A stretch of 33,800 nt of DNA from Giesbergeria sp. (lineage in GTDB: Bacteria; Pseudomonadota; Gammaproteobacteria; Burkholderiales; Burkholderiaceae_C). A model generated the notes under the pieces. It was not told the origin of the DNA. It saw nothing but the letters and a program-made list of their open reading frames with translations, and did not search any database. The translations under genes were made by a program, and so were the position numbers. Shown one piece after another: positions 1-9,299 of the stretch; within the stretch, counting starts at the first letter, position 1; every line of letters starts with the position of its first letter. Where the stretch lies: the NCBI GenBank assembly GCA_034674825.1, contig JAUCDU010000001.1, positions 1 through 33,800 on the forward strand, written 5' to 3'.

Positions 1-1037
1 GCCAGAGCTTCAAGATCGAGGTCACCGCGCAGCACAGCCCGCTGACCAGCCTGAACTTTGCCGCGCTGCGCACCAAGGACGCGGTCGCCGACCGCTTTCG
101 CGCCAAGAAGGGCGTGCGCCCCGATGTGGACACGCAATGGCCCGATGTGCGCGTGCACCTGCACCTGACCACCGACGAGGCCACGGTCTACATCGACACT
201 TCTGGCGAGCCGTTGTTCAAACGCGGCTGGAGAAATGTGAAGGAAGGTGGGGCCAAGGGCGACGCACCGCTGAAGGAAACCCTGGCCGCCGCCATGATCG
301 CCGCCACCGGGTGGGACCCGCTGGGTGATGTGCCTTTGTACGACCCCTGCTGCGGCAGCGGCACCGTGATGATCGAGGCTGCGCAAATGGCCTGCCGCAT
401 TGCGCCGGGCTTGCAACGCCAGTTTGCTTTCGAGAAGCTGCTGCCGCTGCAACCGCATGTCTGGAATGCTATTAAAGAAGAAGCTAATGACGCAAGAGGC
501 GTAAGCGCTAGCGGCATATTTGGCAGTGATATTTCGCACCGCATGGTCGATTTTGCCGAGCGCAATGCCGAGCGCGCGGGCGTCGCCCAGGCGGTGCAGC
601 TGCGCGGCGGCGACGCCTTGCAGCGCATGCCGCCGAGTGAGCAGCCGGGCGTGATGCTGCTCAACCCGCCCTATGGCGAGCGCATCGCCGCCGCCGGCAG
701 CGCCGGCGAGAATGCGCGCGACCGGGCCCAGCAGCGCGCGCATGGCGCGGCGGTGGGGCGCGAGGTGGCGCAGGTGCAGGGCGCAGACGAGGGCAGCGGC
801 GACGGCAGCGAGTTCTTCCAGCAGCTCGCCAGCCACTGGAAGAAGCATTACACCGGCTGGCAGGCCTGGATGCTCACTCCCGACCTCAAGCTCCCCGGCA
901 AGATGCGCCTGAAGGAATCGCGCCGCGTGCCGATGTGGAACGGCCCGATTGAATGCCGGCTGTTTCGCTTCGACCTGATTCGCGGCAGCCTGCGCACCAA
1001 GCCGGGCGATGGCGCTGCCCCTGCCAGTGGCGCCTGA
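1..1037 (+). CDS. THUMP-domain class I SAM-dependent rRNA methyltransferase (RlmL-like), 5'-truncated by the window edge
   Basis: Frame open from position 3 (QSFKIEVTAQHSPLTSLNFAALRTKDAVADRFR...). Motifs IDTSGEPLFKRG, APLKETLAAAMI, DPCCGSGT and NPPYGER are typical of RlmL/UPF0020. Confidence 0.88.
   Translation, partial: QSFKIEVTAQHSPLTSLNFAALRTKDAVADRFRAKKGVRPDVDTQWPDVRVHLHLTTDEATVYIDTSGEPLFKRGWRNVKEGGAKGDAPLKETLAAAMIAATGWDPLGDVPLYDPCCGSGTVMIEAAQMACRIAPGLQRQFAFEKLLPLQPHVWNAIKEEANDARGVSASGIFGSDISHRMVDFAERNAERAGVAQAVQLRGGDALQRMPPSEQPGVMLLNPPYGERIAAAGSAGENARDRAQQRAHGAAVGREVAQVQGADEGSGDGSEFFQQLASHWKKHYTGWQAWMLTPDLKLPGKMRLKESRRVPMWNGPIECRLFRFDLIRGSLRTKPGDGAAPASGA
468..524 (+). repeat. 57-bp intragenic motif, copy A (inside the RlmL-like gene)
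   Basis: GCTATTAAAGAAGAAGCTAATGACGCAAGAGGCGTAAGCGCTAGCGGCATATTTGGC aligns without gaps to copies B, C and D. The local codons are AT-rich (AGA, GTA, ATA). Confidence 0.75.
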
Positions 1038-1473
1038 GCTGACGGCTGCGCCGCCAGCGACCGGCAGCCGGGCGCTGGTGCTCGACACCAACATCGTGCT
1101 CGATCTGCTGGTGTTTGCCGACCCGGCCACGGCCACGCTGCCGGCGTTGCTGGCTGCGGGCAGGCTGCGCTGGATCGCCACGCCGGGCATGCGCCTCGAA
1201 CTTGCGCGCGTGCTGGGCTACCCGCAGATCGTGCCCCGCCTTGCGTTCTACGGGCTGACGCCCGAGGCGGTGCTGGCGCGCTTTGATGCCGCTGTGCAGC
1301 CTGCAGAACCCGCGCCATGCTCCAGTGCGATCTGCAAAGACGCTGACGACCAGCCCTTCATCGACCTGGCCGTGGCACACGGCGCCATTTTGCTGAGCAA
1401 GGACCGCGCGGTGCTGCAGTTGCGCAGGCACCTGGCATTGCTCGGCGCAGCGGTGGCGCGCGAGGTGGCCTGA
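1009..1473 (+). CDS. PIN-domain protein (putative toxin/nuclease)
   Basis: LVLDTNIVLD N-terminal motif, CKDADDQPFIDLA and LLSKDRAVL acidic PIN motifs. It overlaps the upstream gene; the start is approximate. Confidence 0.8.
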   Translation: MALPLPVAPELTAAPPATGSRALVLDTNIVLDLLVFADPATATLPALLAAGRLRWIATPGMRLELARVLGYPQIVPRLAFYGLTPEAVLARFDAAVQPAEPAPCSSAICKDADDQPFIDLAVAHGAILLSKDRAVLQLRRHLALLGAAVAREVA

Positions 1474-2142
1474 TCAGCCGACGTTGAATCCGCGCATTTG
1501 CGCATATTCATCGAACGGCGCGCGCGGCGTGCGCATCTGGTTGATGGCGGCGCTTTCGTCGGCATAGCCCAGCGCCACACCGGCAAACAGCGTCTGCGCG
1601 TCGTCCAGTCCCAAATAGGCTTTCACCGGCTCCGAGCAGACGGCCCAGAACTCCTGCGGGCAGGTTGCGAGCCCCGCTTCCACGGCCAGCAGCATCAGGC
1701 TTTGCAGGTAGCAGCCCAGATCCGCCCATTGCGGCGGACCCATGCGCTGCTCGAGGCTGAGAAAGATGCCGACCGGCGCGCCAAAGAACTGCGCGTTTTT
1801 CGCCATCTGGCGCAGGCGCGCCGGCTTGTCCTCGCGGGCAATGTCCAGCGTGGAATACAGCTGTTCGCCGTTCTGAAAACGGCGTGAGCGGTACGGCTCC
1901 CAGAGGCTGGGCGGATAGACCTGGTATTCCGGCTCTGCCTGCGGCGGCGCCGCCGCCACCAGCGCCAGCAGCTCTGCCAGCGGCGCGCCAGTGAGCGCGT
2001 GCACGTGCCAGGGCTGCAGGTTGCCGCCTGAAGGCGCGCGCGCAGCGGCTTCCAGAAGGCGGCGCACCGTGGCAGCGGGCGGCACCTGCGGGGTGAAGGC
2101 GCGCACCGACATGCGGCGCGCCATTGCGTCGGAGACGTTCAT
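1474..2142 (-). CDS. Nitroreductase family protein
   Basis: RRMSVRAF, AARAPSGGNLQPW, GLATCPQ and ALGY motifs. Confidence 0.9.
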   Translation of the reverse strand: MNVSDAMARRMSVRAFTPQVPPAATVRRLLEAAARAPSGGNLQPWHVHALTGAPLAELLALVAAAPPQAEPEYQVYPPSLWEPYRSRRFQNGEQLYSTLDIAREDKPARLRQMAKNAQFFGAPVGIFLSLEQRMGPPQWADLGCYLQSLMLLAVEAGLATCPQEFWAVCSEPVKAYLGLDDAQTLFAGVALGYADESAAINQMRTPRAPFDEYAQMRGFNVG

Positions 2143-3107
2143 GGGCGGGTCGATGTGGTGTTGGCGCCGGGCGCCAGGTGCACCGCGCGCTGGGGTGCGG
2201 TGTTCACCGCAAGCTGGAACACGTCCGGCCGGGCGTAGTGGCCCACGGGGTCGAAATCCATCTGGGCTCGCGGGATATCGTCCATGTCGATCTCGGCCGT
2301 AAGCAGCACATCCTCACCATACACCGGGCCAGCCAGTACCTTGCCTAGCGGACTGACAATGCAGCTGCCGCCGCGCATCAGCACCGTGTCGTCGGCTTCA
2401 GGCAGGCGGTTGTGCATGGCGTCCATGGGGAAGTCCTTGCGCCGCAGATGTTGGCAGCTGGACAATACAAAACAGCGCCCTTCCATGGCGATGTGCTGCA
2501 TGCTGGCAATCCAGCTGTCCCGGTCGTCGGCCGTGGGCGCGCAGTACAGGGCCACACGCTGTTGGTACATGGCCATGCGCATGGCGGGCATGTAGTTCTC
2601 CCAGCAGATCACGGCGCCGAGCTTGCCGTAGGGCGTGTCGATGGCGCTCAAGGTCGAGCCATCGCCATAGCCCCAGACCAGGCGTTCGAGCGCTGTCGGC
2701 ATGAGCTTGCGATGGTGGCCGAGCACGCAGCCCAAGCCGGCTGCGTCGGCGCCCAGGTACACCGCTGTGCAGTACAGCGTGCCGCCATCGCGCTCAATGA
2801 TGCCGATGCAGACCGTGAGCTTGCATTCGGCTGCCGTCTGGGCGAGTTGCGCCAGTTCGGGGCCTTCCAGGGTGACGGCGGCGTCGTAGTATTTCTTGAA
2901 GTCTTCGCGCCCTTCGGGTGTGCGACCACCGATATAGATGTGGAAATCTGCGCCTTTGGGGTAGCCGCCGAGGAAGGCTTCGGGAAATACCAGCACCTGC
3001 GCGCCTTGCGCGGCCGCCTTCACCATCAGCGCCTGGGCTTTGGCAACGGTGGCGGCGGTGTCGAACATCACGGTGGCGCACTGGGCGACGGCGGCGGTGA
3101 GTTTCAT
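2139..3107 (-). CDS. Nitrilase (carbon-nitrogen hydrolase, branch-1-like)
   Basis: Glu-Lys-Cys triad motifs VFPEAF, HRKLMPT and ICWENYMP, plus DPVGHYARPDVF. Start MKLT follows a GGAG RBS; ATGA overlap with the nitroreductase. Confidence 0.9.
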   Translation of the reverse strand: MKLTAAVAQCATVMFDTAATVAKAQALMVKAAAQGAQVLVFPEAFLGGYPKGADFHIYIGGRTPEGREDFKKYYDAAVTLEGPELAQLAQTAAECKLTVCIGIIERDGGTLYCTAVYLGADAAGLGCVLGHHRKLMPTALERLVWGYGDGSTLSAIDTPYGKLGAVICWENYMPAMRMAMYQQRVALYCAPTADDRDSWIASMQHIAMEGRCFVLSSCQHLRRKDFPMDAMHNRLPEADDTVLMRGGSCIVSPLGKVLAGPVYGEDVLLTAEIDMDDIPRAQMDFDPVGHYARPDVFQLAVNTAPQRAVHLAPGANTTSTRP

Positions 3108-3195
3108 GGGGGTCTCCGGGCTGATGGGTGGTACCCACCAGTGTGCCGCAGGCCGCATTCCACTGTCTGTCACCTGCGTCCCCCCGCGCCACGCC

Positions 3196-3984
3196 CTAAG
3201 GTGTCAGCAGGTCGTAGGCCGCGCGCGCGCGTTGCAGGTCGCGCCCCAGCCGCCGGCTGGTGGGCAAGTACCGAAGCCATGCGAGGCGCTCTGCGCTTGC
3301 CCTGAGGGCCGACTGCATTTCCGGCGCGCCTTGCGCGAGCCACACGGCCCAGAGGGGCCGGGCCAGCGCCAGCGCCTGTGCTTCGTGCAGCGCCAGCGCG
3401 CTGGAATGGGCGAAACACAGCGCATCGCGCGCCTGGCACAGCGCCAATGGCAGCACGCTGGCAGGGTCGTCTTCGAAGTCGATGAAACCGACCTGGCCGT
3501 CGCCGCAGCGCACCAGGTTGCGGGCAAAGGCCTGGCTCAAACAGCTGCCGTCCGCGTGCACTTCACCGATGGCGGCCAGGCCTTGCTGCCACAGCACCAG
3601 TGTCGCCTGGGCACCGCGTGGCACGGCGTCGCGCATTTCGTCCGCCAATGAGGGCGTGAGCTGACCGGCAGTTCCCAGGTGGCGCATGAGCAGTGCATCG
3701 GGCTGAACCGCGAGCAGCTCGGGCACATGCACGCCCAGCGCAGCCAGTTCACCCAGGCGCCGCGCCTCGGTGGCAATGGCCTCGTGGCCGCCCAGGTTCG
3801 GCACAGGGGTCAGCAGCGGCAGCCGCAGCATTTGGGCCAACACGCCCAGAAGCCGGTAGCGGCCCATGCCGTGGCGCGGGCCGGCCTTTTTGAGCCAGAG
3901 CTGTTCACCTGCGTGCAGGTAGCTTGCGATGTTCTGCGTCTGCTGAGCGGCCTGAGCGCGCAGAAAGGCGGGGTAGTCGGTCAC
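3196..3984 (-). CDS. Hypothetical protein, probable kinase-like (InaA/Kdo-kinase-like) fold
   Basis: LWLKK, EARRL..L..LGVHVP, ARNL and GFIDFE resemble LPS-kinase-like proteins; the catalytic loop looks degenerate. Confidence 0.55.
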   Translation of the reverse strand: MTDYPAFLRAQAAQQTQNIASYLHAGEQLWLKKAGPRHGMGRYRLLGVLAQMLRLPLLTPVPNLGGHEAIATEARRLGELAALGVHVPELLAVQPDALLMRHLGTAGQLTPSLADEMRDAVPRGAQATLVLWQQGLAAIGEVHADGSCLSQAFARNLVRCGDGQVGFIDFEDDPASVLPLALCQARDALCFAHSSALALHEAQALALARPLWAVWLAQGAPEMQSALRASAERLAWLRYLPTSRRLGRDLQRARAAYDLLTP

Positions 3985-4089
3985 GTAGCGGCTTGGTCGA
4001 ATGAAAGGAGGCCGGCGCTACACTGGAACTCACGCCTTGCGCGGCGCTTTTAGGCAAGCAGCCGCCAGCCCATCATAGGACCGATTGAC

Positions 4090-4929
4090 ATGACCGAATC
4101 TGCCCCGGAAACCACGCCCCACAATGGTACTGAGCGAGCCCCTGCACTCTCAGGCGAAGACCTGGAGACGCTGGACGACATCCTGGACGAAATGCGTAAG
4201 CGGCTTGACGAAACCCCGCAGTGGGAGTTTTGCGATGGCTTTCTGACGGCGCTGGTCTGCAGCCGGCGCGCCATTCCCGCGGTGGAATACCTGCCCATGC
4301 TGCTGGGCGATGGCGAGCCTATCTTGTGGCCCGCCGACGCGCCACTGCGCCGCCTGCCGATGTTTGCCGACATGGAGCAGCAAGAGCGCTTCCTCGAGTT
4401 GTGGCAGCGCCGCTTTGACGAGGTGGCGCTCGCGCTCGATACCCCCGTGGAGGCCCTGGACGATCCGCGCACGCTCGAACCCGAGGTCATGGACGTGCGC
4501 GGCGCCTTGCTGGCATTGCCCGAGGCCGAGCGCCCCAGCGTCGAAGACGGCGAGGTGCCCTCGTTCGCGCAGGTGTGGGCGCTTGGCTTTATGTTTGCCG
4601 TGGAAAACTGGCCGGAAGATTGGGCGCCCCCACGCGAACGCGAGCACGCGCAGTGGCTGGACGACGCGCTCGATTCCATCGTCGCACTGACCGAGGACGA
4701 CACAGGTAAGCCCGCAGTCAACATGTACACGGAAGACGGCGCGCCCTCAGTGAGCGAAAACCGGGTTGAGCTGTTTGGCGAGGCGATTTGGGCGGTGTAC
4801 GACCTGCGCCAGCTGTGGAAGAGCCTGGGCCCGCGCGTGGAAACTGTGCGCAAGGCGCCCGAGCCGGGGCGCAACGACCCCTGCTGGTGCGGCAGCGGCA
4901 AAAAATTCAAGAAATGCCACGGCGCCTGA
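4090..4929 (+). CDS. YecA/UPF0149 family protein with C-terminal SEC-C zinc motif
   Basis: DGFLTAL and WALGF motifs; C-terminal [19 protein letters not shown]. Confidence 0.88.
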   Translation: MTESAPETTPHNGTERAPALSGEDLETLDDILDEMRKRLDETPQWEFCDGFLTALVCSRRAIPAVEYLPMLLGDGEPILWPADAPLRRLPMFADMEQQERFLELWQRRFDEVALALDTPVEALDDPRTLEPEVMDVRGALLALPEAERPSVEDGEVPSFAQVWALGFMFAVENWPEDWAPPREREHAQWLDDALDSIVALTEDDTGKPAVNMYTEDGAPSVSENRVELFGEAIWAVYDLRQLWKSLGPRVETVRKAPEPGRNDPCWCGSGKKFKKCHGA

Positions 4930-4949
4930 GATCGCAGTTCCTCAACCCT

Positions 4950-5843
4950 TCAGGGCGATAGCTCCGGCGGAAGCTCCCGCGCCAGAAAGTCGTACACCGC
5001 GCGGATCCGGCGGCTCGCTCGAATCTCGCGGTGCACCACCAGCCAGACCGGAAGCGTCGGCGTTTTCAGCTCGGGCAGGATCTGCACCACGTCCGCGTCT
5101 TCGCGCAGCAGGTACGCCGCCACAAAGCCAATGCCCAGGCCTGCGCGCACGGCGGCCCAATACGCCATGAAGTCGTCGGTGCGCAAAGCAAAGTGTTCGG
5201 CACCGACCGTATGGCCCATCGCGGCAAAGCCACGCTGGATGTCCAGCGTCTGATCGTTGCCCAACAGCGTGTGCTGCTGCGCAAGCAGGTCCAGCGGTTC
5301 TGCAGGTGTGCCTCGGCGCTGCAGATAGCTGCGGTGCGCGCAGGCCACCACGCCGACCTGGCCCAGGCGCCGCGCCACCAGCGAGCCCTGCGTGGGGCGC
5401 ACCATGCGCACGGCGATGTCGGCCTCGCGGCGCAGCAGGTCGCTGATGGCGTTGCTGACCACCAGCTCAATCTGAATGCCCGGCAGCTCGACATGCAAGC
5501 GCGGGAGCAAGGCCGGCATCAGGGCGCACGCTACGGGCTGACTGGCCGACACCCGCACACTGCCTGAGAGCGTGGTCTGCGATTGGTGGGCGCCGCGCAG
5601 CAGCGTGATGGCCCCCGCTTCCATGGCGCGCGCAGCCTCGGCCAGGCGCTGGGCGGCGGGGGTCGCCACCAGGCCGCGTCCGGTGCGCTCGAACAGCGGC
5701 GTTCCCAACTGGCTCTCGAGCTGCGCTACATGGCGGCCGACGGTCGGCTGGCTCAGGCCCAGGGCCCGCGCAGCGCCCAGCAAACTGCCGTACTGGAACG
5801 CGGCGAGAAACGACGGAACCAGCTGCCAATTGAAATCAGACAT
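4950..5843 (-). CDS. LysR-family transcriptional regulator
   Basis: GSLLGAARALGLSQPTVGRHVAQLE...LFERTGRG HTH and READIAVR substrate domain. Start placed at MSDFNW. Confidence 0.93.
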   Translation of the reverse strand: MSDFNWQLVPSFLAAFQYGSLLGAARALGLSQPTVGRHVAQLESQLGTPLFERTGRGLVATPAAQRLAEAARAMEAGAITLLRGAHQSQTTLSGSVRVSASQPVACALMPALLPRLHVELPGIQIELVVSNAISDLLRREADIAVRMVRPTQGSLVARRLGQVGVVACAHRSYLQRRGTPAEPLDLLAQQHTLLGNDQTLDIQRGFAAMGHTVGAEHFALRTDDFMAYWAAVRAGLGIGFVAAYLLREDADVVQILPELKTPTLPVWLVVHREIRASRRIRAVYDFLARELPPELSP

Positions 5844-5858
5844 ATTCAGAATTGAATA
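5843..5858. promoter_or_regulatory. Putative LysR operator
   Basis: Inverted repeat TATTCA-gaat-TGAATA containing T-N11-A, touching the LysR start codon in the divergent intergenic region. Confidence 0.55.
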
Positions 5859-5915
5859 GCAAAGCTGCACATCTGGTGGATTGTGCTACGCGGCGGTGGT
5901 GAACACAATTGCTGC

Positions 5916-6908
5916 ATGACCGACACACTTCCTGGTAAGCCAGACGCGCGCCTGCACACCATTCTTGGCGCCAACGGCGTGATCGCACGCGAACTCTCCG
6001 CCGCGCTGGCCGCCAGCGGGCAGCGGGTGCGTCAGGTCAGCCGCCATCCAAACGCCGTGCATCCCGCAGACGATTTGCGGGTGGCGGACGCGTTGGATGC
6101 GCGCGCCACCGCCGACGCGATCGCCGGGAGTGCGGTGGTGTATTTGCTGATTGGCCTGCGCTACGACACCGCCGTGTGGCAGTCCGAGTGGCCGCAAGTG
6201 ATGCAAAACGTGATCGGCGCTTGCCAGCGCCATGGCGCGCGCCTGGTGTTCTTTGACAACGTTTACGCTTACGGCGCTGTTTCGGGCGACATGACCGAAG
6301 AAACACCTTTCAACCCCAGCAGCCGAAAGGGAGAAGTGCGCGCAGCGATCGCCACCACTTTGCTCGACGCCATGGCGCGTGGCGACCTGCAGGCGCTGAT
6401 TGCGCGCTCGGCCGACTTTTACGGCCCCGGCGCCAGCAACAGCTTGCTGCATGCGGTGCTGTTCGAGCGGCTAAGCGCCGGCCGGGCGCCCCAGTGGATG
6501 GGCGAGCCGTCCGCGTGGCACAGCTTCACCTACACCCCCGATGCCGGGCGTGCCCTGGCCACGCTGGCGCAGTCCAATGACAGTTGGGGCCAAACCTGGC
6601 ACCTGCCGACATCTCAAGAGCCCATGAGTGGTGCGCGGATGACGCGTCTAGCGTGCGATCTCGCTGGCCAGCCCTATCGGCTGAGCGTCATGCCGCGTTG
6701 GTTGTTGCGGTCGCTGGGCTGGTGGCTGCCCGCCCTGCGCGAAAACCAGGAGCTGATGTACCAGCTCGAGCGCGACTACCGTTTCAGCAGCAAGAAAATC
6801 GAAGACGCACTCGGTTTGGCGGCTACGGCGTATGCAGACGGCGTGGCCACGACGCTGGCCGCTTCCGCCAAAGCGCCAGGCAATGCGAAGCCCGCAGCCC
6901 GTGCCTGA
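5916..6908 (+). CDS. NAD-dependent epimerase/dehydratase family protein
   Basis: ILGANGVIA Rossmann motif, FFDNVYAYG, KGEVRA and RSADFYGPG; divergent from LysR. Confidence 0.85.
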   Translation: MTDTLPGKPDARLHTILGANGVIARELSAALAASGQRVRQVSRHPNAVHPADDLRVADALDARATADAIAGSAVVYLLIGLRYDTAVWQSEWPQVMQNVIGACQRHGARLVFFDNVYAYGAVSGDMTEETPFNPSSRKGEVRAAIATTLLDAMARGDLQALIARSADFYGPGASNSLLHAVLFERLSAGRAPQWMGEPSAWHSFTYTPDAGRALATLAQSNDSWGQTWHLPTSQEPMSGARMTRLACDLAGQPYRLSVMPRWLLRSLGWWLPALRENQELMYQLERDYRFSSKKIEDALGLAATAYADGVATTLAASAKAPGNAKPAARA

Positions 6909-7064
6909 CCAGCAGGGTGCGACCCGGAAATGCTCCCTCTCAAGCGCCGGGCCCATGGCGGTGGATCCGTTCGAGGTCCTACCCGCAGTCGTTGCCAGTC
7001 AGGTCGCATGGCAGTCCGATAGCGGCCTGCCCACCCGCCACCCAAACCCTTGAAGGACCCCACC

Positions 7065-8228
7065 ATGCAGCGCAGACATTTCATTCGACTCGCCAGTGGC
7101 GGCGTGGTGCTGGCGGCCACCGCCGGGCTGGCCGGCTGCGACGCCAGCGTGCCCGCAGAAGCCTTGCAGGCCTGGAACCCGCCAGCGCCAGGCACTGACG
7201 TGCGCCGCTGGGTGCTGGCGCATGCCATCCTCAGCCCGAATGCGCACAACCTGCAGTCGTGGCTGGTGGACCTCAGTGTGCCGGATGAGATCAGCTTGTT
7301 CTTCGATCTCAAGCGCCAGCTGCCCGAAACCGACCCGTACTCGCGCCAGATGATGCTCAGCCAGGGCACATTCTTGGAACTGCTGGACATGGCTGCACGC
7401 CAGCGTGGCCTGCGCGCGGAGATTGCGCTGTTCCCCGATGGCGCCTACAGCCCCACCCAGCTTGACGCCCGCCCCACCGCACGGGTGCGGCTGGTGCCCG
7501 ATGCAGCGGTTCGGCCCGACCCCTTGTTTGCCCAGATCTTCAAGCGCCGCACCAACCGGGGCGCCTACGAGGCGCGGGTGCCCGAAGCGGCGGCGTTGAA
7601 GACCATGGCGGACAGCGTGGCGCCGCATGCGGTGCGCGTGGGTTTTGTCGGGCCCGACCAGGCCGAGCGGCTGCAGCAGATGCGGGAAATTGCCAAGCAA
7701 GCCTGGCGCATTGAGCTGACCACGCCGCGCACCTTGCTGGAGACCTACAAGGTGCTGCGCATTGGTCCCAAAGAGATCATGGAGCATCGCGACGGCGTCT
7801 CCATCAACGACCCGATGCTGCGCCTCATCACCGCTGTGGGTCTGTTCGACCGAAGCGAAGCCTCCGCGCCCGACAGCACAGCCATCACCGGCCAGTTGGA
7901 CGCTTTCAACGAAAACATCGCCACCACGCCGGCGTTCTTCACTTTGGGCACGCAGGGCAATGACCGCACTGCGCAGGTCAACGCGGGCCGCGCCTATGTG
8001 CGCGCGCAGCTCGCCGCCACCGCGCAAGGGCTTTCCATGCACCCGGTCTCGCAAGCGCTGCAGGAAATTCCCGAGCTGGCCGAGCCCTACGCTGCCATCC
8101 ACGCGCTGCTGGACGCGCCACCGGCCACGCAGACCGTGCAGATGTGGACCCGCTTGGGCTACGCGCCCAAGATCGGCCCAGCGCCCAGGCGCGGTGTGCA
8201 AGCGCACATCCTGCCCGCGCGCAGCTGA
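7065..8228 (+). CDS. Tat-signal Acg-family/nitroreductase-like FMN-binding protein, probable lipoprotein
   Basis: MQRRHF twin-arginine signal with an LAGC lipobox; SPNAHNLQSW, RRTNRGAY and RLGYA motifs. AAGGA RBS upstream. Confidence 0.78.
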   Translation: MQRRHFIRLASGGVVLAATAGLAGCDASVPAEALQAWNPPAPGTDVRRWVLAHAILSPNAHNLQSWLVDLSVPDEISLFFDLKRQLPETDPYSRQMMLSQGTFLELLDMAARQRGLRAEIALFPDGAYSPTQLDARPTARVRLVPDAAVRPDPLFAQIFKRRTNRGAYEARVPEAAALKTMADSVAPHAVRVGFVGPDQAERLQQMREIAKQAWRIELTTPRTLLETYKVLRIGPKEIMEHRDGVSINDPMLRLITAVGLFDRSEASAPDSTAITGQLDAFNENIATTPAFFTLGTQGNDRTAQVNAGRAYVRAQLAATAQGLSMHPVSQALQEIPELAEPYAAIHALLDAPPATQTVQMWTRLGYAPKIGPAPRRGVQAHILPARS

Positions 8229-8232
8229 CGCG

Positions 8233-8754
8233 TCAGAGCCGTTGCAACAGACCCGCCAGCGCGTGCTGCACCGTAGCGCTGCGCACCGCCGCCCTGTCGC
8301 CCCCGAAGAGCTGGCGTTCGCTGTGCGTCTGGCCGGCCACGCACCAGGCGAAGCAGACCGTGCCGACCGGCTTTTCTTCGCTCCCGCCCGTGGGGCCGGC
8401 GACGCCGGTGACAGCCACGCTGGCCTGCGCGTGCGAATGCGCGAGTGCGCCCTCGGCCATGGCGCGGGCGACCGGTTCGCTGACCGCGCCGTGGCTGGCT
8501 ATGAGCGCTGCGGGCACCCCCAGCAACTCGGTCTTGGCGGCGTTCGAATAGCTGACAAAGCCGCGCTCGAACCACTGGCTGGAGCCGGCCAGATCGGTGC
8601 AGGCGGCGGCAATCAGCCCGCCGGTGCAGCTCTCGGCTGTGGCCAGCATTTCGCCGCGCGCCAGCAAGGCGGCAGAAATACGATTCAAATCGGCCTCCAG
8701 CGCAGAAGGGGATTGCGCTTGCAGCTCTTGATTCAATAGCGATTCAAGGCTCAT
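8233..8754 (-). CDS. cinA: CinA/PncC family nicotinamide-nucleotide amidohydrolase
   Basis: [38 protein letters not shown] and KPVGTV motifs; ATGA-coupled to pgpA. Confidence 0.9.
   Translation of the reverse strand: MSLESLLNQELQAQSPSALEADLNRISAALLARGEMLATAESCTGGLIAAACTDLAGSSQWFERGFVSYSNAAKTELLGVPAALIASHGAVSEPVARAMAEGALAHSHAQASVAVTGVAGPTGGSEEKPVGTVCFAWCVAGQTHSERQLFGGDRAAVRSATVQHALAGLLQRL
8684..8740 (-). repeat. 57-bp intragenic motif, copy C (cinA N-terminus)
   Basis: Minus strand reads GCTATTGAATCAAGAGCTGCAAGCGCAATCCCCTTCTGCGCTGGAGGCCGATTTGAA. Confidence 0.8.
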
Positions 8755-9299
8755 AAAAACCTCCACAGCGCGATCACCAGCAGCGCACAAAAGGCAGCGA
8801 CAAAGTCGTCAAACAAGATGCCGAAGGCGCCGCGCGCACCAAAACCCTTGAACTGCGCGTCGGCCCATTTCACCGGGCCAGGCTTGGCGGCGTCGAAGTA
8901 GCGAAACAGCGCAAACGCCACCGCTTGGCCCCAAAAGCCCATCGGCATGGCCAGCCAGAGAATGAGCCAGAAGGCCAGCACCTCGTCCCAGACGATGCAG
9001 CCGGGGTCGGCAACGCGCAGGTTGCGCGCAGCCACGGCGCAGGCCCACCAGCCGACCAGCGTACCGCTGGCGATCAGCAAGCCCAGCTCGGCCGTGCTGA
9101 ACCAGCGCTGCAGCACCAGCCACGCGACCCAGGCCCACAGCGTGCCCACCGTGCCCGGCGCCCACGGCGACAGGCCCGAGCCAAAGCCCAGCGCAATGAA
9201 ATGCGCCGGGTGCGCCAGCAGGAAGCGGGCGTTGGCGCGGCGCGGCGGCAGGGCCGCTGGTGCCGCCTGTTCCACCATGGGCAGTGGTGCGGCGGTCAT
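8751..9299 (-). CDS. pgpA: Phosphatidylglycerophosphatase A
   Basis: [35 protein letters not shown] and DDFVA motifs; thiL-pgpA-cinA synteny. Confidence 0.92.
   Translation of the reverse strand: MTAAPLPMVEQAAPAALPPRRANARFLLAHPAHFIALGFGSGLSPWAPGTVGTLWAWVAWLVLQRWFSTAELGLLIASGTLVGWWACAVAARNLRVADPGCIVWDEVLAFWLILWLAMPMGFWGQAVAFALFRYFDAAKPGPVKWADAQFKGFGARGAFGILFDDFVAAFCALLVIALWRFL

Noticed and set aside
5849-5861. TGCTATTCAATT (minus) resembling the start of the 57-bp motif
   Set aside because: The rest of the motif is absent; it is better explained as the LysR operator/promoter.
6909-7064. Possible structured RNA or riboswitch (TGCGACC...GGTCGCA pairing)
   Set aside because: Short GC-rich stems are expected by chance, and no known riboswitch consensus was recognised.
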